NCBI GenBank assembly: GCA_046498225.1
Contig: JAWOBF010000088.1
Span: forward strand, 1-28,658
DNA from: Candidatus Aegiribacteria sp.
GTDB taxonomy: Bacteria; Fermentibacterota; Fermentibacteria; Fermentibacterales; JCC-6
Reading direction: 5' to 3'
DNA: 28,658 nucleotides
Position numbers and translations under genes: made by a program. Positions 9,757 through 17,984 of the stretch are shown in pieces; position 1 is the first letter of the stretch, and each line of letters starts with the position of its first letter. Below the pieces are notes generated by a model. The model saw only the letters and a program-made list of their open reading frames with translations, searched no databases and had not been told where the DNA came from.

Positions 9757-10104
9757 TCAGATCTCGTTCATCTCCACATCCACTCCCGAGGGCACGTCCT
9801 GCGACCTGAGAGCGGCTGCGGTCTCTTCGTTGGGGTCAGATATCTCGATGAGGCGCGAGTGCACCTTCATCTCGAACTGTTCCCGCGATTTCTTGTTAAC
9901 ATGTGGGCTTCTCAGTACCGTAACTATCGACCTCTTAGTCGGGAGAGGAATCGGCCCGGCAACACTGGCCCCGGTCTTCACCACGCTTCGGACTATGGCC
10001 GACGCGGAGCGGTCGAGAAGCCTGTGGTCGTAAGCCCTGAGCTTAATCCTCAACCTGTTGGATTTCAATACTATCTCCTGTTCTCTTTTTTCCCGGCCGG
10101 GCAT
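9757..10104 (-). CDS. rpsJ: 30S ribosomal protein S10 (NusE)
   Basis: RIKLRAYDHRLLD, GPIPLPT, LRSPHVNKKSREQFE; ATG overlaps the fusA stop (TGATG). Confidence 0.97.
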   Translation of the reverse strand: MPGREKREQEIVLKSNRLRIKLRAYDHRLLDRSASAIVRSVVKTGASVAGPIPLPTKRSIVTVLRSPHVNKKSREQFEMKVHSRLIEISDPNEETAAALRSQDVPSGVDVEMNEI

Positions 10105-12176
10105 CAGCTCAGCCCGGCTATTCCCATCTGTTCCAGAATGCCCCGGGTTATGTTCTCGGGCATCCTTGCGTATCTGCTGAACTGCATCGAGAACCCGGCG
10201 CGTCCCTGTGTTAATGAACGCAGGGCGCTACTATAACCAAAAAGTTCCGCAAGTGGTACCCTCGCCTTTATGGACTGGACCTCACCCCGTGGCTCCATGC
10301 TCAAAACGTTGCCTCTCCGGGCGTTAACATCTCCTATGACCTCGCCCACGTAATCGGACGGGCAGATGATGTCCAGACGCATCACCGGCTCCTTCAGGAC
10401 CGGTCTTCCCTCCGCGAGACATTCCCTGAATGCCATTGCTCCGGCGTAGGCGTATCCCGTATCGGAGGAATCGGTCTCGTGCACCCGGGCATCCTTCAGT
10501 TCTACTCGAATACCGTCCACGGGATATCCGGCCAGGGGGCCGGCTCCCACCGAACCCATTACACCTCTTTCCACCGCCTCGGCGAAATGGGCGGGAAAAT
10601 CCCGGTCGCACATCATGTTCACGAACTCTATACCCCTGTTCACAGGCACCGCCCGCAGACGGGCATGGCCGAAATGGCCCCTTCCCTGAATTGACCTCTC
10701 GAAACTCCCGGCACCCTCGGATCCCACGGAGATGCTCTCCCGGTAGGAGACCTGGGGACGGCCGGTCCTGACGTCCATTCCCTTTTCGCTCTTGATCCTG
10801 CTGGCGATTATCTCCAGATGGAGCTCTCCCATTCCCATGATGAGAGTCTGCCCGGACTCTTCGTCGGTGCCCACCCGGAAACTGGGATCCTCGCTGGCAA
10901 GTTCCGCCAGAGCTTCGTCCAGGGCTTTGTCGTCAGACGTGCTCATGGGTTCTATGGCCATCTGCATGACCGGCTCGGGAAACTGTATGGATTCAAGCAC
11001 AAGCTGGTTATCCTGGAAAGTCAGGGTGTCGCCGGTGACGGCGTCCTTGAGTCCGGCGGCGGCTATGTCCCCGGCCATCACCGAGTCGAGATGGGTCCTC
11101 TTGTTGGCGTGCATCCTCACCAGCCTGGTGAGTCTGTCACGGTTTCCCGTCCTGTTGTTGTAGACGTGCTGGCCATCCTCCACCATTCCGGAGTAGACCC
11201 TGATGAAAGCCAGTCTGCCGAGATGGGGGTCGCACTGGACCTTGAAGACCAGCGCGGTAAAGGGTTCGCTGACGCTCCTGCGGACTTCCACCGTTGTACC
11301 GTCCCTGCGCCTGCCACTGATGGGGGGCAGTTCGGACGGAGCCGGAAGCCAGTCCACTATGGCGTCCATGAGCTGCTGTATCCCTATGTTCTTCAGGGCG
11401 GCGCCGCACAGGACCGGAACGAAATCACCGCTGATGGTTCCTTTCCTTACCAGTCTCCGAACCCTGTCGGGCGTGAGTTTCCCGTCGAAATACTCCTCCA
11501 TGGCCGATTCCTCCAGCATGGCAGCCGCTTCCCACAGCGCGTCCCTGGCCTCCTGGAAGGCGGCGGTGTATTCTTCGGGCACGTCGTCCAGGGTAAACAT
11601 GGCTCCCTGCGACGTCTCGTCGAAATAGACCGCCCTTCCGGCGATAACGTCGATTATTCCGGAGAACGTGTTCCCGCCTCCTATTGGCAGTATCACCGGG
11701 AGGGGCTTCGCTCCCAGCATGTCCCTCATCATCTCCAGTGCCCGCGGGTAGTCCGCTCCCTGGCGGTCCATCTTGTTAACGAAGGCTATTCGCGGCACCC
11801 CGTACCTGTCCGCCTGGTGCCAGACGGTCTCGGACTGAGGCTCCACGCCGCCTACGGCGCAGAAGACGGCCACCGCTCCGTCCAGAACCCTCAGACTTCT
11901 CTCCACCTCGGCGGTGAAATCCACGTGGCCGGGAGTATCGATGATGTTGACCTGATGGTCCTTCCAGGTGCATGTGGTGGCGGCGGACTGTATGGTGATG
12001 CCCCGCTGCTTCTCCTGGGGCATCCAGTCCATGGCTGCGGTGCCGTGGTCCACATCCCCCAGGCGATGCACCCTTCCGGAATAGAAGAGGATGCGCTCGG
12101 TAGCGGTTGTCTTTCCGGCATCGATATGCGCCATGATGCCGATGTTCCGTACTTTGTCGGTCTGAGAACTGCTCAT
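10104..12176 (-). CDS. fusA: Elongation factor G family GTPase (divergent, spdEFG2/RRF2-like)
   Basis: [35 protein letters not shown]; located after rpsG; the subfamily call is inference. Confidence 0.95.
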   Translation of the reverse strand: MSSSQTDKVRNIGIMAHIDAGKTTATERILFYSGRVHRLGDVDHGTAAMDWMPQEKQRGITIQSAATTCTWKDHQVNIIDTPGHVDFTAEVERSLRVLDGAVAVFCAVGGVEPQSETVWHQADRYGVPRIAFVNKMDRQGADYPRALEMMRDMLGAKPLPVILPIGGGNTFSGIIDVIAGRAVYFDETSQGAMFTLDDVPEEYTAAFQEARDALWEAAAMLEESAMEEYFDGKLTPDRVRRLVRKGTISGDFVPVLCGAALKNIGIQQLMDAIVDWLPAPSELPPISGRRRDGTTVEVRRSVSEPFTALVFKVQCDPHLGRLAFIRVYSGMVEDGQHVYNNRTGNRDRLTRLVRMHANKRTHLDSVMAGDIAAAGLKDAVTGDTLTFQDNQLVLESIQFPEPVMQMAIEPMSTSDDKALDEALAELASEDPSFRVGTDEESGQTLIMGMGELHLEIIASRIKSEKGMDVRTGRPQVSYRESISVGSEGAGSFERSIQGRGHFGHARLRAVPVNRGIEFVNMMCDRDFPAHFAEAVERGVMGSVGAGPLAGYPVDGIRVELKDARVHETDSSDTGYAYAGAMAFRECLAEGRPVLKEPVMRLDIICPSDYVGEVIGDVNARRGNVLSMEPRGEVQSIKARVPLAELFGYSSALRSLTQGRAGFSMQFSRYARMPENITRGILEQMGIAGLS

Positions 12177-12248
12177 TGTGCGCGGATTCCTCCAGTTGCG
12201 TTCACGGCTCTGAATGGTCGCTGGAGGAACAGTTTGAAAGCAGTGAAC

Positions 12249-12722
12249 CTACCAGCGATAGTGAGCGAAAGCCTTGTTGGCTTCCGCCATCTTATGCGTA
12301 TCTTCCCTCTTCTTGACGCTGCCGGCGTTCTCGCCTCTGGCCGCGTCCATTATCTCGGCTGCGAGTTTATCGGCCATTCCTCTGCTCTTTCGGGCGCTTG
12401 CGTACTGTATGATCCAGCGTATGGCGAGGGAATCCCTCTCCTGGGGCTTCACCTCCATGGGTACCTGGTAGGTGGACCCGCCCACCCGCCTGGACTTGAC
12501 CTTCAACTGGGGCCGAACGTTGCCCAGCGCCCTGTTGAATACGGTCACCGGGTCCTGCCCGGTTTTCTCTGTAACTATGTCCATGGCTTCGTAAAAGATA
12601 CGTTCAGCTATGGATTTCTTGCCTTTCTCCATCAGTTTGTTGATGAACTTCGCCATGAGCAGATTGCCGTACTTCCTGTCCGGCGCCACTTCCCGCTTCT
12701 TTGGCCTTGAGCGTCTAGCCAT
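12249..12722 (-). CDS. rpsG: 30S ribosomal protein S7
   Basis: [10 protein letters not shown] from ATG 12722 with [34 protein letters not shown]. Confidence 0.98.
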   Translation of the reverse strand: MARRSRPKKREVAPDRKYGNLLMAKFINKLMEKGKKSIAERIFYEAMDIVTEKTGQDPVTVFNRALGNVRPQLKVKSRRVGGSTYQVPMEVKPQERDSLAIRWIIQYASARKSRGMADKLAAEIMDAARGENAGSVKKREDTHKMAEANKAFAHYRW

Positions 12723-12784
12723 TCGTCCTCCCGGGGTCTGCGCGCACGCGGCATTCATCCGCATACACGGCAGAGCTTTCCTGA

Positions 12785-13153
12785 TTATGCTTTTCTTGTG
12801 CCGTACTTCGAGCGGCCCTGTTTTCTTCCCTCGACACCCGAGGTGTCCTCTACTCCACGAATTATGTGATACCTGACTCCCGGCAGGTCCTTCACCCTTC
12901 CCCCTCTTATGAAAACCACGGAGTGCTCGTTGAGGTTGTGATCTATGCCGGGTATGTAGGCGGTTACCTCGTAGCCGTTCCGCAGACGCACCCTGGCCAC
13001 CTTTCGAAGGGCGGAGTTGGGCTTCTTGGGGGTAGAAGTATAGACCCTGGTACAGATGCCTCTCTTCTGAGGACACCCGGTAAGGGCAGGTGCCTTGGTC
13101 TTTGTTTTCTGCTTCTTGCGCCCTTTACGCACAAGCTGATTAATTGTCGGCAA
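12785..13153 (-). CDS. rpsL: 30S ribosomal protein S12
   Basis: (M)[10 protein letters not shown] from TTG 13153 with [28 protein letters not shown]. Confidence 0.98.
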   Translation of the reverse strand: MPTINQLVRKGRKKQKTKTKAPALTGCPQKRGICTRVYTSTPKKPNSALRKVARVRLRNGYEVTAYIPGIDHNLNEHSVVFIRGGRVKDLPGVRYHIIRGVEDTSGVEGRKQGRSKYGTRKA

Positions 13154-13208
13154 ACCATCTCCTTTCAAAGAGCTTCAAAACGCACCGTAATCCGGTGCAA
13201 GGGGTCTA

Positions 13209-13237
13209 AGTCTATACATCAAAGTCGCTTTCGTCAA
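13209..13237 (-). promoter_or_regulatory. Putative sigma70-type promoter of the str operon, embedded in the rpoC 3' end
   Basis: Minus strand TTGACG-17 nt-TAGACT, 55 nt upstream of the rpsL start. Confidence 0.65.
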
Positions 13238-16200
13238 TGTCGCGCTCTTCCGCTTCCCCGGCGAAAGCCGGTTCCGGAAGGGATTCCCCGTCCGGAAGTG
13301 TGAGTGCCACATGCTGATACTTCTTGACTCCGGTGCCGGCCGGTATCAGGTGGCCCACTATTACGTTCTCCTTCAGGCCGAAGAGGTAATCCACCTTTCC
13401 GGCGGTCGCGGCGTCCGCCAGGACACTGTTCGTCTCCTGGAACGAAGCCGCGGACAGGAAACTGTCCGTAGCCAGTGAGGCCTTGGTTATTCCAAGCAGC
13501 AGAACGGCCGATGTGGCGGGTTTCTTGCCCTGCATCATCATCGCCCTGTTCTCCCGCTGCAGCACCAGCCGGTCGACCTGTGCGCCCTCGAGGAACTGAG
13601 TGTCCCCGGGGTCGTCTATCTTGGCCTTGGAGAGCATCTGCCGCACCACGATGCTGATGTGCTTGTCGTTTATGTTCACGCCCTGAAGGCGGTACACTTC
13701 CTGGATCTCGTTCAGCAGGTACTTCTCCGCCGCCTCGGTTCCCTTTATCCGGAGTATGTCGTGGGGGGAGAGCGGACCCTCCGTGAGCCTGTCCCCGGCC
13801 TTGACCCTGTCCCCTTCCCTGACCCTGATGTGTCTGGATGCCTGTATCTTCGTGGCGGATTCCTGGCCGTGGTCACCTCGGATGGTGACGGTCCTGATGC
13901 CGGCCTTGATGGGGCTCAGGGATACAACGCCGTCGATCTCGGCTATGCTGGCGGCGTCCTTGGGCACTCTCGCCTCGAACAGCTCGTCCACCCTGGGAAG
14001 GCCGCCGGTGATGTCCCTCTGCTGACCGAGCTTCCGCTCGATCCTCGCTATGTGAACTCCCTGCTTTATCAGGCTTCCGTCGTTAACCCTCAGATGGGCT
14101 CCGCTGGGAATGGGATACTTCCCCTTGACCGAATCGGCTATGAACTCCTCCACCGGGTCCTTCTCCAGCTTCTTCCTGCCGCGCTGTGCTATGTGGCTTC
14201 TGACACCCCTGACGGCGAAGTCGGATACCAGCATCATGGACCCCTCGTGGACCACATCCTGTATCTTCTGCACCAGGTTCCTTGTTCCCTGATGTCCCCT
14301 GTCCAGGGATTCGACTATTATTATGAAGGGTGCCTTTTTACTCAGGTCTGTCAGGGCTTCGGCGAACTTCTCCTCAAGGGAAGTATTCTTGCGCTTCCTG
14401 GTCTGCTCGAGAGCCTCCATGGCTTCCTCCAGTGCCCTGACCTCTTTCTTCGCCCTGCCGCCGAAGGTCTCTATAACCTCTCTGGCGGCGTTGACCAGGG
14501 CGGCGTAGCTGCCCGTCCCGGCCCTCTTGCAGTTGATGGCCACCACCGGGATATCCTGGTCCTGCATCCTTCTCGTGAATTCCTCCACCAGGGTCTCCGT
14601 GCGGTATGTGCTCACCTCCTGGTAGGTAAAGATTATCCTTCCGTGGCCGTCCAGCATCTCCTTTTCCAGTTCGCCAAGCGTGTAGAGTTCCTCCTCGCGC
14701 CTTCTGGGATGGCCGCTGAGAACTACTATCTGCTCAGGCAGTATGAAGATATGCGGGTGCAGGGTCTTGCTCCTGTCCTCCACTATCACCATCTGCTTGC
14801 GCTGCTCGCTGTCTATCTCCTCCTTGAGCGTGGTGTCCTCCTCGATGTCTACGTAGTGGACGCTTCCCTCCTGCTCGGACACGATGGGGATGATGAAGGG
14901 GTCGCTCCTGCAGATGACATCGTTCTTGTGCACTTTCTGACCGTCCTCCACCGTCAGGTGAGAACCCACCACGATATCGTACGTGGACAGAACCTCCCCG
15001 GACTCGTCCAGTATGTCCAGCTGTGTGTTCCTGGTGCTTACCATTATGGGTTTGCCGGTCTCGTCGGTACTCTTCACGATGCAGGGAATACGGTAGCTTA
15101 CGAAGCCGTCGTGCCTGGCCACCACTTCGGATTCCCTGGTCTCCCTTCCGGCCACTCCGCCGGTGTGGAAGGTTCTCAGTGTCAGCTGAGTCCCGGGCTC
15201 ACCGATGCTCTGGGCGGCGATGACGCCCACCGCCTCGCCCACGGTGACATGCCTGTTCCTGGAGAGGTCCCAGCCGTAGCACTTGGCGCACAGCCCTCTC
15301 TTGGCCTCGCAGGCCAGGACGCTTCGTATCCTTACGGACTCCACTCCTATCTTGTCTATCTCGGCGGCAAGGTCGGCCGTTATCTCCTGGCCGGCCTCGC
15401 AGACAATGTCATCGGTGCCCGGCCTGTAGATTGTCTCGGCCGCCACGCGGCCCAGTATCCTGTCCATGAGGGGTTCGATTATCTCCTCGCCCTCCTTCAG
15501 GGCGGTTATCACCCTTCCCCTGATGGTGGTGCAGTCCTCCATGGTGATTATCACATCCTGGCAGACGTCCACCAGCCTTCTTGTGAGGTAGCCTGCGTCA
15601 GCGGTCTTCAGGGCCGTGTCCGCCAGACCCTTCCTGGACCCGTGGGTGGATATGGAGTACTCTATCACCGAGAGACCTTCCTTGAGGGATGAGATAATGG
15701 GAGTTTCGATGGTCTCGCCCAGCTCTCCCGTGAGCTTCTTGCTGGGTTTGGCCATCAGGCCCCGCATTCCCGCAAGCTGCTTCATCTGGTCAACACTGCC
15801 CCTGGCGCCGGAGTTCGCCATCATGAAGATGGGGTTGAAACCGTGGTTGTCATGGCTCAGGCCCTCCATCATGGCGTTCTTCACCTGTTCGGTAGCCTTG
15901 GCCCAGTTGTCTATGACCCTGTTGTACCTCTCCGCCTCGGTGAGCTCGCCCCTTCTGGAACTCTTTTCGATGAGTTCTATCTCCTTGGCGGTCTTGCCTA
16001 TGATCTCCTTCTTGCTCTCGGGTATGAGCATATCGTTCATTCCCACGGTCAGTCCCGACGTTGTTGAGTAATGGAAACCCAGCTCCTTCAGATTATCCAG
16101 GAATACCGCGGTCCTCACCGCGCCCAGCTTGTCGAAGCATCGCCCGACGGTCTGGTTGAGCCCCTTCTTGCCGAACACCTTCTCATGAGGTATCCTGGCG

Positions 16201-17984
16201 TTTGCCATTATGAAGCCAAGTCCCTCGGGGACTATCTCGTTGAACAGGACCTGCCCCACGGTGGTGTAATCCTTCCAGAACGGCGGCTGCACCTTTTCCC
16301 TGCGGCCGTTCTCCTCCACAACGCGGTTCAGTCCCCTGACCTTTATCTTCGCGTGGAGAGCAACTTTGCCGGCGTCGTAGGCGCCTCTGACCTCATCCCT
16401 GGAGCTGAAGATCATTCCCTCGCCCTTCGCCCCGGGAAGAGGCTTGGTGAGGTAGTACGCTCCTATGACCATATCATGGCTGGGAGTGGCCACAGGCTCG
16501 CCGCTGGCGGGCCTGAGGATGTTCTTGCTTCCCAGCATCAGCATGCGGGATTCCACCTGCGCTTCCGCTGAAAGCGGCACGTGAACGGCCATCTGGTCCC
16601 CATCGAAGTCCGCGTTGAACGCAGCGCAGGCAAGCGGGTGAAGCTGGATAGCCTTACCCTCCACCAGCACCGGCTCGAAGGCCTGGATGCCCAGCCTGTG
16701 AAGGGTGGGAGCCCTGTTCAGAAGAACAGGATGGTTCTGTATGACCTCTTCCAGCACCGGCCAGACGATGTCGTCAGCCTCCTCCCACCTCTTGGTGGAC
16801 TTCTTGACGCTCTCGTCCAGACGCTCGCTGATGCGGGCTACTATGAAAGGCTTGAAGAGTTCCAGGGCCATGGTCTTGGGAAGTCCGCACTGGTTCAGCT
16901 TGAGGTCCGGACCCACCACTATCACGCTTCTGCCGGAGTAGTCGACCCTCTTGCCCAGAAGGTTCTGCCGGAACCTGCCCCTCTTGCCCTTCAGCAGGTC
17001 GGACAGTGACCGGAGGGGACGCATTCCAGCGCCCTTCACCGGCTTGCGCCGCGAGCTGTTGTCCAGCACCGCGTCCACGGCCTCCTGGAGCATTCGCTTC
17101 TCGTTCCGCAGTATTACGTCCGGAGCCTGGAGGTCCAGCAGCCTCTTCAGCCTGTTGTTCCTGTTGATGACCCGCCTGTAGAGGTCGTTAAGGTCGCTGG
17201 AGGCGAACCTTCCGCCGTCCAGGGGGACCAGGGGTCTGAGGTCGGGAGGAAGGACCGGGAGTATCTGAAGTACCATCCATTCCGGTTTGTTGTCATCCGA
17301 GGAGAGCCGGAACGCCTCCACCTCCTTCAGCCTCTTTATGTTCTTCTTCCGCCTGGAGAAAGTGGTCTCGTTGGCGATGCTGGTCCTCAGGGTCGTGGCA
17401 AGCTCCTCCAGGTCGAGGTCGCTCATCATGGTCCGGATCGCTTCGGCCCCCATGCCCACCTTGAAGACGTCGCCGTATTCCTTCCTCGCCTCCCTGTATT
17501 CCTCATCGGTGAGGATGGTACCCACAGGAAGGTCCGGATGGTCGGACCTGGTCACGATGTGGGACTCGTAGTAGATGACCCTCTCCAGCTTGAGGTTCGT
17601 GATATTGAGAAGCTTGGAGACCTTGCGGGACTTGAAGTACCATATGTGGACCACGGGCACGGCCAGGTCTATGTGACCCATCCTTTCCCGGCGTACCCTG
17701 GAGTGGGTCACTTCCACGCCGCATCGGTCGCAGACTATTCCCTTGTTCCTTATTCTCTTGTACTTTCCGCAGCTGCATTCCCAGTCCCTCACGGGACCGA
17801 ATATCCGCTCGCAGAAGAGGCCCTCGGCCTCCGGCTTGTAGCTCCTGTAGTTAATGGTCTCAGCCTGGGTCACCTCGCCGTGCGACCATTTCCGTATGGT
17901 CTCGGGGGAAGCGAGGCTTATCTTCATGCCTCCGAAGTCGGAGAGCAGAACCCTTGCGTCGCGTCGGGATATGTTCTCTAGCAT
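13212..17984 (-). CDS. rpoC: RNA polymerase beta' subunit, with an enlarged trigger-loop insertion
   Basis: Zn ribbon CSCGKY...CDRCGVE, NADFDGDQMAVH, TQLTLRTFHTGG, DITGGLPRV, LKENVIVG. Confidence 0.99.
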   Translation of the reverse strand: MLENISRRDARVLLSDFGGMKISLASPETIRKWSHGEVTQAETINYRSYKPEAEGLFCERIFGPVRDWECSCGKYKRIRNKGIVCDRCGVEVTHSRVRRERMGHIDLAVPVVHIWYFKSRKVSKLLNITNLKLERVIYYESHIVTRSDHPDLPVGTILTDEEYREARKEYGDVFKVGMGAEAIRTMMSDLDLEELATTLRTSIANETTFSRRKKNIKRLKEVEAFRLSSDDNKPEWMVLQILPVLPPDLRPLVPLDGGRFASSDLNDLYRRVINRNNRLKRLLDLQAPDVILRNEKRMLQEAVDAVLDNSSRRKPVKGAGMRPLRSLSDLLKGKRGRFRQNLLGKRVDYSGRSVIVVGPDLKLNQCGLPKTMALELFKPFIVARISERLDESVKKSTKRWEEADDIVWPVLEEVIQNHPVLLNRAPTLHRLGIQAFEPVLVEGKAIQLHPLACAAFNADFDGDQMAVHVPLSAEAQVESRMLMLGSKNILRPASGEPVATPSHDMVIGAYYLTKPLPGAKGEGMIFSSRDEVRGAYDAGKVALHAKIKVRGLNRVVEENGRREKVQPPFWKDYTTVGQVLFNEIVPEGLGFIMANARIPHEKVFGKKGLNQTVGRCFDKLGAVRTAVFLDNLKELGFHYSTTSGLTVGMNDMLIPESKKEIIGKTAKEIELIEKSSRRGELTEAERYNRVIDNWAKATEQVKNAMMEGLSHDNHGFNPIFMMANSGARGSVDQMKQLAGMRGLMAKPSKKLTGELGETIETPIISSLKEGLSVIEYSISTHGSRKGLADTALKTADAGYLTRRLVDVCQDVIITMEDCTTIRGRVITALKEGEEIIEPLMDRILGRVAAETIYRPGTDDIVCEAGQEITADLAAEIDKIGVESVRIRSVLACEAKRGLCAKCYGWDLSRNRHVTVGEAVGVIAAQSIGEPGTQLTLRTFHTGGVAGRETRESEVVARHDGFVSYRIPCIVKSTDETGKPIMVSTRNTQLDILDESGEVLSTYDIVVGSHLTVEDGQKVHKNDVICRSDPFIIPIVSEQEGSVHYVDIEEDTTLKEEIDSEQRKQMVIVEDRSKTLHPHIFILPEQIVVLSGHPRRREEELYTLGELEKEMLDGHGRIIFTYQEVSTYRTETLVEEFTRRMQDQDIPVVAINCKRAGTGSYAALVNAAREVIETFGGRAKKEVRALEEAMEALEQTRKRKNTSLEEKFAEALTDLSKKAPFIIIVESLDRGHQGTRNLVQKIQDVVHEGSMMLVSDFAVRGVRSHIAQRGRKKLEKDPVEEFIADSVKGKYPIPSGAHLRVNDGSLIKQGVHIARIERKLGQQRDITGGLPRVDELFEARVPKDAASIAEIDGVVSLSPIKAGIRTVTIRGDHGQESATKIQASRHIRVREGDRVKAGDRLTEGPLSPHDILRIKGTEAAEKYLLNEIQEVYRLQGVNINDKHISIVVRQMLSKAKIDDPGDTQFLEGAQVDRLVLQRENRAMMMQGKKPATSAVLLLGITKASLATDSFLSAASFQETNSVLADAATAGKVDYLFGLKENVIVGHLIPAGTGVKKYQHVALTLPDGESLPEPAFAGEAEERDIDESDFDV

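Noticed and set aside
12723..13076. Apparent 118-aa N-terminal extension of S7 (ORF 12249-13076); likewise the extended ORF-track starts for rplF, rplN, rpsC, rplL and secE
   Set aside because: Upstream starts overlap the preceding gene, tRNA or spacer; canonical N-termini with SD sequences exist downstream
14130..14741. Intein or mobile intron as the explanation for the rpoC insert
   Set aside because: No N-terminal C/S with C-terminal HN-C/S/T junction and no LAGLIDADG blocks; it sits in a variable surface hairpin rather than a conserved motif, and the frame is open throughout
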